Both the position numbers and the translations under genes were made by a program. DNA of 64,000 nucleotides from an uncultured delta proteobacterium (GTDB lineage Bacteria > Desulfobacterota > Desulfobacteria > Desulfobacterales > UBA2156), in NCBI GenBank assembly GCA_963736855.1, contig CAVTQK010000015.1, forward strand, positions 544,001 through 608,000. Direction: 5' to 3'. This document shows, one piece after another, positions 29,366 to 40,212 of the stretch; position 1 is the stretch's first letter; each line of letters begins with the position of its first letter. The notes below the pieces were generated by a model. That model did no database searches. It had not been told where the DNA came from and saw only the letters and a list, made by a program, of their open reading frames with translations.

Positions 29366-30766
29366 ATGAAAAAAGGGGGGATTTTCGCCCTTTTAGCGGC
29401 AGGTATGGGGATGGCTCTGATGGTGTGGGTCGTACATGCGGATGCCCAGAACGCCGGTAACCTGCCGAAGGCCAAAGAGTTTAGAATCGAACGGAGCATG
29501 CCCAAGGAGGCGGTGGCCTGCATCGAATGCCACAAGCGGGAGCATCCGGGCCTGTTTGCGGACTGGGCCAATAGCCGGCACGCCAACGCCAACATTACCT
29601 GCTACGATTGCCACAAGGCCGAGGAGTTCGAACCGGATGTGAGCAAGGCGCATTACAAACAGTACCAGCGCTCCGATGTCAAATATGGGACCAAGGAATA
29701 CCGGGTTCCCGTGGCTGCAGCCGTGACACCCAAAGATTGTTCCCGATGCCATCCTGATGAAGCCAAACAGTACAGCCTGAGCAAACATGCCAATACGATG
29801 GAGATCATATGGAAGATCGATCTCTGGCTTCAGAAAGGCATGAACAGCGACTTCGAGCGGGCCAGCGGTTGCTATCACTGCCATGGAACGGTGTTGAAGA
29901 TGAAAGGGGATGTCCTTGATTCCGAGAGCTGGCCCAATGTGGGTGTGGGCCGCGTGAATTTCGACGGTAGCAAAGGGAGCTGCACAAGCTGTCATACCCG
30001 TCACCGGTTTTCCATTATGGAAGCCCGGAAACCCGAGGCCTGCGGACAATGCCACCTGGGGCCGGATCACCCCCAGATCGAAATCTACATGGAGTCCAAG
30101 CATGGCGATCTGTATACCGCCCATGGACATGAGTTCAATTGGAACGCCGCTCCCGGAACGTGGACTCCCGGGGTGGATTACCGAGGGCCCACCTGCGCCT
30201 CCTGCCATATGTCCGGGGCCGGTACCGTGATGACCAGCCACGATGTAACCGAAAGACTCTCCTGGGAGATCCAGGCGCCTCTGACGATTCGACCTTCGGA
30301 ATTTGCAGCTTTTCCCGCCAAGACCAACTGGCAGGTCGAACGGGATAAGATGAAGGTTGTCTGCATGCAATGCCATGGCAAAGTGTGGGTGGATGGACAT
30401 TATGACAAACTGGATAAGGTCGTGACGGAATACAACGAAAACTATTACAAACCCGCTAAAAAGATGTTCGACGATCTGAATGAGAAGAAACTCCTCGATT
30501 CCACTAAGTTTTTTGATGAAAGGCTCGAAGTGGAGTTTTACGAGCTGTGGCATCATGAGGGTCGCCGGGCCCGAATGGGTGCGGCCATGATGGCGCCGGA
30601 TTACACCTGGTGGCATGGATTTTATGAATGTAAAAATCGGTTCAATGCGTTCATGGAAGAGAGTCGGGACCTGATCCGGCATAACAAGAAGGCCTATGTG
30701 GCCACCGACTTCCCCAACGCCACAGGAACCACCGTTAGACCTAAGGAGGTATTCCCTAAGCCCTGA
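29366..30766 (+). CDS. Octaheme hydroxylamine oxidoreductase-family cytochrome c
   Basis: Signal peptide; eight CxxCH; CTSCHTRHRFS, CGQCHLGPDHPQIEIYMESKHG, WHHEGRRARMG motifs. Confidence 0.88.
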   Translation: MKKGGIFALLAAGMGMALMVWVVHADAQNAGNLPKAKEFRIERSMPKEAVACIECHKREHPGLFADWANSRHANANITCYDCHKAEEFEPDVSKAHYKQYQRSDVKYGTKEYRVPVAAAVTPKDCSRCHPDEAKQYSLSKHANTMEIIWKIDLWLQKGMNSDFERASGCYHCHGTVLKMKGDVLDSESWPNVGVGRVNFDGSKGSCTSCHTRHRFSIMEARKPEACGQCHLGPDHPQIEIYMESKHGDLYTAHGHEFNWNAAPGTWTPGVDYRGPTCASCHMSGAGTVMTSHDVTERLSWEIQAPLTIRPSEFAAFPAKTNWQVERDKMKVVCMQCHGKVWVDGHYDKLDKVVTEYNENYYKPAKKMFDDLNEKKLLDSTKFFDERLEVEFYELWHHEGRRARMGAAMMAPDYTWWHGFYECKNRFNAFMEESRDLIRHNKKAYVATDFPNATGTTVRPKEVFPKP

Positions 30767-30789
30767 GCCCTCTCCAAAGCCTCTTTTTC

Positions 30790-30826
30790 AAAACCCCGCC
30801 CAAAGTTAGGGCGGGGTTTTTATTTT
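30790..30826 (+). terminator. Rho-independent terminator after the Hao-like gene
   Basis: AAAACCCCGCCC-AAAGTTA-GGGCGGGGTTTTTATTTT. Confidence 0.85.
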
Positions 30827-30838
30827 CACATATCTACG

Positions 30839-30880
30839 TCTAACGCATTCTTAACAAAAGGCTAGTTGTTCCTTAATAGA
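30839..30880 (+). promoter_or_regulatory. Putative Pho boxes upstream of pstC
   Basis: TAAC 30841, TAAC 30852, TAGT 30863, TAAT 30874: 11-bp phased direct repeats. Confidence 0.6.
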
Positions 30881-30959
30881 AGCTCTTTAATTTGCGATTT
30901 CATGAGGGGCGAGTCATAAAATTGATAACAATTGTCCACAGAAAGACAGACATAGAATT

Positions 30960-32348
30960 ATGCCGACCATTCTTTTGATCGTCGTCCTTTTGGGACTGTC
31001 ATCAGTTGGTTTCTATCTGGGTCGCCGTCGGGCTTTGGCCGTTGCCGATGGACCGTCAAAGAAGGTCACGCTTCATTCGCGGCCGATCTATTACGGCGCG
31101 TTAACAGCGTTATGGTGCGGGATTCCCGGCCTGCTCATATTTGGGTTTTGGCTGGCCTTTGAAGGAAACATGATCACCCGGATGGTGGTGGCCGATCTTC
31201 CGACAAAGTACGGAAATTTGCCGGAAGATCGAATCAATCTCCTGGTCAACGACATTAAAAACCAGGTGGAAGGCAACATCGTATCGATCAAGGAGGATCC
31301 GGATATTATCCAGGCCGCTCAACATTATCGAAATCTCCGATCCACCAGTCGGACTGCCCTAAGCGTTGCGATTCTATCTCTGGCGGTCGGAGGGATCATC
31401 CTGGTGTGGTCACGAATCAAACCTTCATTGAAGGCCCGAAACCATGTGGAAACGTTGGTTCAATGCATCCTCATCGTCTGCTCCACCATCGCGATTCTTA
31501 CCACCGTCGGTATCGTGCTTTCCGTACTCTATGAATCGATCCGCTTTTTCAAGGAAGTCCCTTTTCCTGATTTTCTCTTTGGCCTGGAGTGGTCCCCCCA
31601 GACCGCTATACGGAAGGATCAGGTGGGAAGCTCAGGCGCTTTCGGAGCGATTCCGGTCCTTTTGGGTACGGTCCTGATTTCCGCCATTGCCATGGTGGTG
31701 GCGGTTCCGGCGGGCCTTATGTCGGCCATTTACCTTTCAGAGTATGCCGGTTCGCGGTTTCGGGCGGTCGCAAAACCTCTGATCGAGATTTTAGCCGGAA
31801 TCCCCACGGTGGTATATGGATTTTTTGCCGCCCTCACCGTCGCCCCATTTATCCGGAATGCCGGCGGATATCTGGGGCTCGATGTTTCTTCAGAGAGCGC
31901 CCTGGCCGCCGGACTCGTCATGGGGATCATGATCATACCCTTTGTTTCTTCCCTTTCAGACGACTTCATCAATGCAGTTCCTCAATCTCTGCGGGACGGC
32001 GCCTACAGCTTGGGAGCCACCCGGTCGGAGACCATCAGGCAGGTGATCCTGCCGGCCGCACTTCCCGGGATTGTCGGAGGCGTCCTGTTGGCCGTTTCCA
32101 GAGCCATTGGGGAGACCATGATCGTGGTCATGGCTGCGGGATTGGCAGCCAATCTGACCCTAAATCCCCTCAAGGCTGTTACCACGGTGACCGTGCAGAT
32201 CGTCACTCTTTTAGTGGGGGACCAGGAATTCGACAGCCCAAAGACACTCGCGGCTTTTGCCCTTGGGCTTTTGCTCTTCCTGGTCACCCTGGTTTTGAAC
32301 ATTATCGCCCTGCGTGTGGTTCAAAAATACCGAGAGCAATATGAGTAA
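30960..32348 (+). CDS. pstC: Phosphate ABC transporter permease
   Basis: EILAGIPTVVYG, SRAIGETMIV; N-terminal extension. Confidence 0.93.
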   Translation: MPTILLIVVLLGLSSVGFYLGRRRALAVADGPSKKVTLHSRPIYYGALTALWCGIPGLLIFGFWLAFEGNMITRMVVADLPTKYGNLPEDRINLLVNDIKNQVEGNIVSIKEDPDIIQAAQHYRNLRSTSRTALSVAILSLAVGGIILVWSRIKPSLKARNHVETLVQCILIVCSTIAILTTVGIVLSVLYESIRFFKEVPFPDFLFGLEWSPQTAIRKDQVGSSGAFGAIPVLLGTVLISAIAMVVAVPAGLMSAIYLSEYAGSRFRAVAKPLIEILAGIPTVVYGFFAALTVAPFIRNAGGYLGLDVSSESALAAGLVMGIMIIPFVSSLSDDFINAVPQSLRDGAYSLGATRSETIRQVILPAALPGIVGGVLLAVSRAIGETMIVVMAAGLAANLTLNPLKAVTTVTVQIVTLLVGDQEFDSPKTLAAFALGLLLFLVTLVLNIIALRVVQKYREQYE

Positions 32349-33633
32349 GTCAAATTCCGTCGATAATAGCGGTTCCCGACGCGCCATCGATATCGTACGC
32401 AAGGGCCTCAAGAAGCGGTATCGGGCTGAACGTCGATTCCGGCGATATGGATTTTTTGCCATAACGATCAGCCTGTTTTTCCTCTTCGTGCTCTTCGCCA
32501 GCATGGTCGCCAACGGCTATTCGGCCTTTCGGCAAACCTATATCCGGCTGGATGTTTTTTTCGATGCGGAATTGCTGCATCAGGAGACGCTGGCTTCGGC
32601 CGATTATGACGGCCTGGTTAAAGCTGCTCTATTAGCCATGTTTCCGGATGCCCAAAACCGACAGGAAAGAAGGGATTTGTTCAAACTGGTCAGCTCCAGC
32701 GCGGCTTTTGAATTGCGCAAGAGGGTATTGGATGACCCGGCGATCATCGGCCAGATTGAATCTGTATGGGTATTGGCGGACGATGATGTGGATATGCTCA
32801 TCAAAGGTCACCAGGGAAGGAATCTGCCGGAATCCGAACGTCGTATCAATGATCGGCAGCTCCAATGGTTGGACCGTCTGAAAGCGGAAAACCGAATAGA
32901 AAAGCGTCTGAACTGGACATTTCTAAGCCAGGGCGACTCCCGGGAACCGGAGATGGCCGGAGTATGGGGTGCGGTCATGGGATCGTTTCTGACGCTGATT
33001 GTCACGCTGGTGCTGTCGTTTCCCATCGGCGTGGCGGCTGCCGTTTATCTGGAAGAGTTTGCCCCGAAGAATCGCTGGACGGACCTGATCGAAATTAATA
33101 TCAATAACCTGGCGGCCGTTCCATCCATTGTATTTGGTCTTTTGGGTTTAGCGGTCTTTTTGAATCTCTTCGGACTCCCGAGATCGGCGCCCATAGTGGG
33201 TGGCCTCGTACTGGCCTTGATGACCCTCCCGGTGATCATTATTGCCAGTCGATCGGCCCTCAAATCGGTTCCTCCCTCCATACGTGAGGCAGCCTTAGGG
33301 GTAGGGGCATCCAAGATGCAGATGGTGTTTCATCATGTGTTGCCGATGGCCCTGCCCGGGATGCTGACCGGGACCATCATCGGCATGGCCAGGGCGCTTG
33401 GCGAAACCGCCCCTCTGTTAATGATCGGCATGGTGGCTTTCATCGTCGATATCCCGAAGGGCTTCACGGATCCGGCCACGGTTTTACCGGTGCAGATTTA
33501 CCTGTGGGCGGACAGCCCGGAAAGGGCTTTCGTGGAGCGAACGTCGGCAGCGGTGATTGTTCTTCTGGCCTTTTTGATTATCATGAATGCAGCGGCCGTC
33601 ATTTTAAGAAAGCGGTTCGAGCGGAGGTGGTAG
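32341..33633 (+). CDS. pstA: Phosphate ABC transporter permease
   Basis: YLEEFAP, NLAAVPSIVFGLLG, ARALGETAPL. Confidence 0.93.
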   Translation: MSKSNSVDNSGSRRAIDIVRKGLKKRYRAERRFRRYGFFAITISLFFLFVLFASMVANGYSAFRQTYIRLDVFFDAELLHQETLASADYDGLVKAALLAMFPDAQNRQERRDLFKLVSSSAAFELRKRVLDDPAIIGQIESVWVLADDDVDMLIKGHQGRNLPESERRINDRQLQWLDRLKAENRIEKRLNWTFLSQGDSREPEMAGVWGAVMGSFLTLIVTLVLSFPIGVAAAVYLEEFAPKNRWTDLIEININNLAAVPSIVFGLLGLAVFLNLFGLPRSAPIVGGLVLALMTLPVIIIASRSALKSVPPSIREAALGVGASKMQMVFHHVLPMALPGMLTGTIIGMARALGETAPLLMIGMVAFIVDIPKGFTDPATVLPVQIYLWADSPERAFVERTSAAVIVLLAFLIIMNAAAVILRKRFERRW

Positions 33634-33725
33634 AAAATGGATTAAATCGAATAGATGAAATTAAAACCTGAAACAATGTACCTAATGATCATCAATCAGA
33701 ACACAAATCAAGGAGGAAAAGAAAC

Positions 33726-34781
33726 ATGAAAAAATGGGTCGTGTTGTCGGTAACAACGGCGTTCCTTTTCATCGGTTTTGCGGCGGTATTTGCCGGGTCG
33801 GCCAGAGACAGCATCAACATCGTGGGATCCTCCACGGTGTATCCTTTTGCCACAGTGGTTGCAGAGCGATTCGGGAAAGGTGGACAGTACAAAACCCCCA
33901 AAATCGAGTCCACCGGTTCCGGCGGAGGCTTTAAGTTGTTCTGCGCCGGTGTGGGTGTAGAACATCCGGATATTACCAATGCCTCCCGTCGGATGAAGGA
34001 GACGGAATTTGAAACCTGTGCGAAAAACGGCGTCACAGAAATCGTCGAAGTGAAAGTCGGATATGATGGAATCGTCGTGGCCAACGCCAAGTCCGCACCT
34101 TTGCTCAAGCTGACCCGTAAAGCACTTTTTCTGGCACTGGCCAAGGAAGTACCGGATCCCAAAGGCGGTGAAAAATTGATATCCAACCCGTATAAGACCT
34201 GGAAAAGCATCGACGCCTCTCTCCCAGATGCTAAAATCGAGGTCCTGGGACCCCCGCCGACATCCGGAACCCGCGATGCGTTCGTTGAATTGGTAATGGA
34301 AGAGGGTGCCAACTCATTTGATTGGATCAAGGCGCTCGCCAAATCCGATGCCAAGAAGCACAAGGCGATCACGAATGGAATACGTGAAGATGGCGCCTAT
34401 ATCGAGGCCGGAGAGAACGACAACCTGATCGTTCAGAAACTGGAAGCCAATAAAAACGCTTTTGGTATTTTCGGCTTCAGCTTCCTGGATCAGAATGCCG
34501 ACAAGATCAAAGGCTCTCTCATCGAAGGCATGGAACCCACCTTTGAGAATATCGCGAGCGGGAAATATCCGGTTTCCCGGCCGCTGTTTTTCTATGTGAA
34601 AAAGGCCCACGCGGGTGTCATCCCCGGTATCAAAGAATATGTGGCAGAATTCGCCAGCGATAAAACGTGGGGACCGGATGGGTATCTGTCTGAAAAGGGT
34701 CTGATTCCCATGCCCGAAGCCGAACGCAAGGCCTTTGGAGATGCCGCCAAAAACTTGACTGTTCTTAAATCCCTGAAATAG
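33726..34781 (+). CDS. pstS: Phosphate ABC transporter substrate-binding protein
   Basis: Signal peptide, GSSTVYP, STGSGGG, SGTRD, YPVSRPLF. Confidence 0.93.
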   Translation: MKKWVVLSVTTAFLFIGFAAVFAGSARDSINIVGSSTVYPFATVVAERFGKGGQYKTPKIESTGSGGGFKLFCAGVGVEHPDITNASRRMKETEFETCAKNGVTEIVEVKVGYDGIVVANAKSAPLLKLTRKALFLALAKEVPDPKGGEKLISNPYKTWKSIDASLPDAKIEVLGPPPTSGTRDAFVELVMEEGANSFDWIKALAKSDAKKHKAITNGIREDGAYIEAGENDNLIVQKLEANKNAFGIFGFSFLDQNADKIKGSLIEGMEPTFENIASGKYPVSRPLFFYVKKAHAGVIPGIKEYVAEFASDKTWGPDGYLSEKGLIPMPEAERKAFGDAAKNLTVLKSLK

Positions 34782-34854
34782 CACTAACCACGCGCAGGCC
34801 GAGCCTTGACGGCTTGGCCTGCATCGACTATGAAGCCCAATTAAAGAATTCAAT

Positions 34855-35766
34855 ATGCAGCCCATGAAAATGCACAAAGTGGAATCGGACTTTGATAACA
34901 TGAATTCCGAAAAGCCCCAGGAAAAGCGACTTGGATCGACCGACTTGGAAAAGAGCCGGGACCTGGTCCCCAGAGAAGTCCGCGAGACGGTAGGGGATAT
35001 CACGATGCCTAACCCCAGAATGATCTGTCGGGGTGTTAACGTCTATTATGGGGAAAAGCAGGCTATCCGGAATGTATCCATCGACATAGGAAGAAATGAA
35101 GTCATTGCGATGATCGGGCCCTCAGGGTGTGGGAAGTCCACTTTTATCCGGTGTCTGAACCGGATGAACGATACCATCGACTCTTGCCGGGTTTCGGGCG
35201 ATATTCTTTTGGAAGGTGTCAATATTTACGATAAAAATATCGACGTGGTGCCGCTGAGGGCTCAGGTGGGGATGGTGTTTCAAAAGCCCAATCCCTTTCC
35301 AAAGTCCATTTATGACAATATCGCTTATGGACCCAAGATCCATGGCCTTGCAAGAAACAAGTCGGAACTTGATGAGATCGTCGAAACCTCTCTGCTGAAA
35401 GCCGGACTATGGGACGAGGTGAAAGATCGACTCGATCACATCGGTACCAGCCTCTCCGGCGGACAGCAACAAAGGCTGTGCATCGCCCGGACCATTGCGG
35501 TCAGTCCTGAGGTGATCCTCATGGATGAACCTTGCAGTGCCCTGGATCCTATTGCAACCGCCATCATTGAAGACCTCATAGATGAATTGAAACAACAATA
35601 TACCATCGCCATTGTAACCCATTCCATGCAGCAGGCTTCCCGGGTTTCCCAACGGACGGCGTTTTTTCATCTGGGAGATCTCATAGAGGTGGGTCCGACG
35701 CCGCGTATCTTTACCCGGCCCCGTCACCAGCTCACTGAAGATTACATTACCGGACGTTTCGGCTAA
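34855..35766 (+). CDS. pstB: Phosphate ABC transporter ATPase (start uncertain)
   Basis: [41 protein letters not shown]. Confidence 0.95.
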   Translation: MQPMKMHKVESDFDNMNSEKPQEKRLGSTDLEKSRDLVPREVRETVGDITMPNPRMICRGVNVYYGEKQAIRNVSIDIGRNEVIAMIGPSGCGKSTFIRCLNRMNDTIDSCRVSGDILLEGVNIYDKNIDVVPLRAQVGMVFQKPNPFPKSIYDNIAYGPKIHGLARNKSELDEIVETSLLKAGLWDEVKDRLDHIGTSLSGGQQQRLCIARTIAVSPEVILMDEPCSALDPIATAIIEDLIDELKQQYTIAIVTHSMQQASRVSQRTAFFHLGDLIEVGPTPRIFTRPRHQLTEDYITGRFG

Positions 35767-35947
35767 TCGACGATTTTGGATTGAATCTCTCCGTTTCAAG
35801 AAGACGATAAATGCTTTGACCTAAAGCATCGCTTCTCTGCAACCGCCTTGAATTTAATCCTCATATCAGGTAAATTTTCTTTAAATCCCTTTCTTCAGCA
35901 GGAAACGGACATGTTCGCAGGAACCGTCTGATTGCTCGGGTCTCTCT

Positions 35948-37703
35948 ATGGAGTCTTCAATGAAAATTCAAACAATGGAAAAACGCCTGTTCACCAGATC
36001 CCTTATTAGATTTCCGTTTTTCATTTTTTGGTTCATTGCCATATGGGGAATCCCGGTTTTTTCCAAGGCCGAGGCAGCAAAGAACATTATTGTCATGATT
36101 CCAGATGGTTGTTCATTCGAGCAATATACGCTGGTACGCTGGTACAAAGGAGCTCCCCTGGCCATGGATGCCATCCTGGTCGGTGCGGTAAAAACGCATG
36201 TCGCCGATTCGGTAGTAGCGGATTCGGCTCCCGCGGCCTCGGTTTACGCTACAGGTGTGCGAACCTCTGATAAGTTCATCAGCGTTGCTCCGAAAACCGA
36301 GGGCTATGCTTCCTCACCTTAAAATCTCGGGGCATGAACCCTACAAGCCTCTGGCCACGGTTTTGGAGGCGGCAAAACTTACCGGCCGGGCGGTGGGAGT
36401 GGTTTCCACCTCAAGGGTGACTCATGCTACACCGGCCGCCTATATCGCTCATGTTTCCGATCGAAAACTGGAAGACGATATCATGGAGCAAGCCGTCTAT
36501 CAGGGGATAGATGTGGTTTTCGGCGGCGGCGGACGGCACCTTTTGGGAAAAGCATCCGGTATCCAAAACCCCTATAATGAAAAATGGAAGGAAGATCCCC
36601 ACACCTTGCAATGGGCGGATAAAGGAACAAGACGCGACAACGAAAATTTGATCGCAGTACTTCGAGGGAAGGGGTATACTTTGATCTCCACACGTAATGA
36701 ACTGATGCGCCTGGACAAGGGTCCAGTTTTCGGCATGTTTGCGTTGAGCCATATGGCTGCAGAGGTCGATCGAGAGCAGATTGCGGCCACGGAACCGAGC
36801 CTGTCGGAGATGACCCGCAAGGCCATCGAAATCCTATCAAAGGATCCGGACGGTTTTTTCCTGATGGTGGAAGGAAGCCAAGTGGATTGGGCAAACCACG
36901 CAAACGATCCGGCTCATCTGATCAGCGACCTCCTCATTTTTGATGAATCGGTTCGGATCGCTCTCGATTTCGCCAGACTCAATGGAGATACCCTTTTGCT
37001 GGTGTTACCCGACCACAACACCGGAGGAATGTCCATCGGCAACTGGGCGACAAGCCGGAATTACTCGAAAATGAAACCGGATGATCTTGTCGGCCCGTTG
37101 AGGAAAATGAAAGCATCTTCTCTTCTATTGTTCAAAAAGCTTCAAGGCGACCCCACACCAGGAAGGGTCATCGAGATCGTTCGGTCTGACTGGGGCTTGG
37201 ATATTACAATGAAAGATGCCCAAAAGATCCTGAAAAAAATGGCCGAGTATCGAGAGGATCCCTATTATGCTTTTGGAGAAGTGTTGTCGCCCAAATATCT
37301 TTCCATCGGATGGTCCACTCATGGCCATTGCGGCGGAGATGTCCCCCTGGGAGCTTTCGGCCCAAACCGACCTTCAGGCCTTTTAGATGCTCCTGAAATC
37401 GCCCAGGTCGTGGCCGAGGCGCTTGGTGTAAATCTTGAAGTTCTGACACGCCGCTTATTCACGGATGCATCCGCAGAATTCGGTGCCGAGAATGTGACGA
37501 TCGATTCGTCCGACCCGGGTAACTCCGTGATCCGGATTAGGCATGGTTCAGAAGTTTTTTTACTTCCGGTCAATAAGAACCTGCTTATAACCGGTGATCG
37601 GGTGTATCCGTTGGAAGGTGTGACGATTTTAATTCCGGAGACTCAAAAAACCTATATTCCCCATCAGGCAGCAAAGAAAATCAAGGAAAAGAGGCAGCTT
37701 TAA
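35948..37703 (+). pseudogene. phoA: Alkaline phosphatase split by a frameshift near 36300-36310
   Basis: ORF 35948-36322 has the signal peptide, KNIIVMIPDG and catalytic DSA; ORF 36255-37703 continues with THATPAA, FLMVEGSQVDWANH, DH and HCGGDV. Confidence 0.85.
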
Positions 37704-37974
37704 TCCAAATCGGACGTCTATGATATGACCGGGATCGCCCTCGAACCGATACCAATCGCTTATTTCACAACCTTTGAAAAGTCCCTGTTATTCAAAGGTC
37801 CTTTAAAAGTTATTCCAGAGTAACAGTTTAAATTCCGGATTCTCTTTTCTTAATAATCTCTGTATTTGTTTCCTCTGTAAAAGATGAATCGAAGGCAAAA
37901 AGTAAAGCAACCCTGCCGGGCCGGCATTAAAATCTGAGAGTCTCAAGGCCGTATGAACTCAAAATCCTCCCGGC

Positions 37975-38292
37975 TCAGATGGGAGGTGCGATGGTGACTA
38001 AAAGCCTTAATTCTGTAATCGCCCTCAGGCCGTGAGGTTCACTGATGTTCGTAATGATAACATCCCCTGCCTGGACCGGTCGGATTGTGTTCTCAGCCCC
38101 GAGAAACTCGCCTTTTCCTTCAAGGATGGCAAGACAAACCTCTCCCTCGATATCATGGCTATGAACCGGAAGTATTTGCCCGGCCTTGAAGTTGAAGTTG
38201 ATTATTTTTAAATAAGGGGAATCGTGGACCAAAAGTCTTTTGATTCCTTTTTCGTCGAAATCATTGGATTCATAAAGACTGACGATTTTCAT
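37975..38292 (-). CDS. Cupin domain protein
   Basis: PVHSH...ILEGKG...EPHG. Confidence 0.85.
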   Translation of the reverse strand: MKIVSLYESNDFDEKGIKRLLVHDSPYLKIINFNFKAGQILPVHSHDIEGEVCLAILEGKGEFLGAENTIRPVQAGDVIITNISEPHGLRAITELRLLVTIAPPI

Positions 38293-38615
38293 TTTTTCTA
38301 TCCTTTACTTTTTGGGGATTCACCGGATGGCCGGATTGTTTGTAACGATCCGAACCTGTGGACTGAAATCATGTATTTCAAGGATTGTTCCTTTCAACAT
38401 GGCTTTATTGAAATTCGGAAGAAGGTGCAAGCGGCGCCTAATTTTATCATATACCGAATGACGGCTCCGTATTGTCTTGGATGCGAATCTTGAGCGAAAC
38501 TCAGTCTTTGTGCTCGGGGAAACAGAAAAATTGCAAATGCGATGGATACCTGAACCTTGCATGAGTTGGAGGTCTCCCTTTTTCATACAAGATTCAGGCG
38601 ATGATTTCCTTGTCC

Positions 38616-39176
38616 CTATCGGGTTTCAAACCAAACGGTGTGAACATCTGCGACGGTTTCCCGGATGATCCGAAGGGCATTCAGGAGTCGGGAATACATC
38701 ATGGCGAGAGCAAGAGTGTCGGCCAGAAGCCCCATCGCTTCCAGGTCCTGCGCAGAAAGCGACCAAGGCTTGGAATGGTAGAGTCGAATCGCTCCGATGA
38801 TTTTACCGGAAAAGATCACCGGAAGATGAACGATGGCGCCGATCCCTTCCTTTTTGGTTTCCTCCGGATACTGGAGTTCTTTAGAAGTCCGGGCATTCTT
38901 AACGATGACCGGTTTTCCTTTTACGGCGCTTCGAATGCTCTTTTTAAAGAAAACGGGGCCCTTGTTTATATAATACGAACTCAGTCCAAAGCTGGCCAGG
39001 ACCTCCAATTCACGGGTAGCCGGGTTGAGGGCAAAGATACAGCTTCCCTTGATTCCCAAGGCACCCACCAGCAGTTGAGTGATATGGGACCCCATGGTTC
39101 TCAGGCTTTCGGATTTAGTGACGATCCGATTCAGGGCCTTGAACAGGTCGACGGTGATTTTGCATTTTGCGGCCAT
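38616..39176 (-). CDS. Stand-alone GAF domain protein
   Basis: LEVLASFGLS...YINKGP, QYPEE...EGI...LPV...IIG. Confidence 0.8.
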   Translation of the reverse strand: MAAKCKITVDLFKALNRIVTKSESLRTMGSHITQLLVGALGIKGSCIFALNPATRELEVLASFGLSSYYINKGPVFFKKSIRSAVKGKPVIVKNARTSKELQYPEETKKEGIGAIVHLPVIFSGKIIGAIRLYHSKPWSLSAQDLEAMGLLADTLALAMMYSRLLNALRIIRETVADVHTVWFETR

Positions 39177-39270
39177 ATTTCCCCCTCCTCCACGATTGCG
39201 TTGAAGTGGTGTTCAAAGAGACCGGCAAATGGGCTTTATGACTACTGCGGCAGGCCCATCCGAACCCGTT

Positions 39271-39738
39271 TTAAGAGACAATGCATACCGTTTTATCGGG
39301 CAGACTCGAGACCACCTTTTGGAACACTGTTCCGGTGAAGAAACGAGAGATCCTTCCGGATTGGTGGTTCAAGACAATGGTGGAGTGTCCGCTTTTAAGG
39401 GCCAGATTGACGATCTCAGAGGCGATGTCTTTTCTTTTTGCGTGAAATACTATTTTCACGTGGGCCAGCGGGAACCCGCTTTGCACCAGAATGCTCTTGA
39501 CCTGTTTTAAATCCTTTTCCTGTTCGTTGATCCTCTGGCGGGCATAGCCCATGCTTCCGGTAAGCTTTTCCATGACCGTCCCCTTGCTGGTTTCGAGCTT
39601 CGGAAGCAACGTGTAGGCGTGAAAAAGGGTGATCTCAGTGGATTCGGCGTGGGGTGTAAAGATGCGGATCACGAAATCCAGGGCTTTCTGGTCGCTTTTG
39701 GAGAAATTGTAAGGGAACAATATTTTTTCATGAATCAT
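39271..39738 (-). CDS. Universal stress protein
   Basis: KILFPYNFS, ITLFH, DIASEIV, FFTGTVFQKVV; RBS AAGGAGG. Confidence 0.8.
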   Translation of the reverse strand: MIHEKILFPYNFSKSDQKALDFVIRIFTPHAESTEITLFHAYTLLPKLETSKGTVMEKLTGSMGYARQRINEQEKDLKQVKSILVQSGFPLAHVKIVFHAKRKDIASEIVNLALKSGHSTIVLNHQSGRISRFFTGTVFQKVVSSLPDKTVCIVS

Positions 39739-39906
39739 CCCGCCCTCCTTTCTCCTGAAGGTTTTGAATGTTAAATGCAACCATCCTGATAGAATTTAAA
39801 GAGATAATCACCCCAAATGCAACAAAATAATTCATAAGGAAGGGATTGTGTTAACAGGCTGCACTAAAAAATACTGTCAGAATCTCGTCGATTTTAGCAT
39901 GCGAAT

Positions 39907-40173
39907 CTATTTCTCTTGAATGATGTGCTGGTAGGCAATACGATGCTTTTTCATACGATTCCAAACCGTAACTCTGGAAATCCCCAGCAGTTCAGCGGTG
40001 TTGGTTTGATTCCAATCGGTTTAACGAAGGGCTTCTATGAATTATCTCCATTGATCATCCGTTATTCGGATTTTCTGGGTGTTGTGAGTTGGTAAGCACG
40101 GCTCATCCCGCAGGATTTACGGGGGCAAATGATAAGGCTGGATCTCCGGCTTGTTGCAGGAAACGAATGCGTA
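39907..40173 (-). pseudogene. C-terminal remnant of a sigma54-dependent activator (Fis-type HTH)
   Basis: Minus frame YAFVSCNKPEIQPYHLPP*...R*FIEALR*TDWNQTNTAELLGISRVTVWNRMKKH with three in-frame stops. Confidence 0.8.
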
Positions 40174-40212
40174 AGGGTCTTGGGGAGGAAGGCTAAAGAA
40201 ATTGCCGCCCGG

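Noticed and set aside
29393..30682. 429-aa antisense ORF over the Hao-like gene, and similar long antisense ORFs over pstS, gldG and kef
   Set aside because: Shadow ORFs of GC-rich coding strands, with no recognisable motifs.
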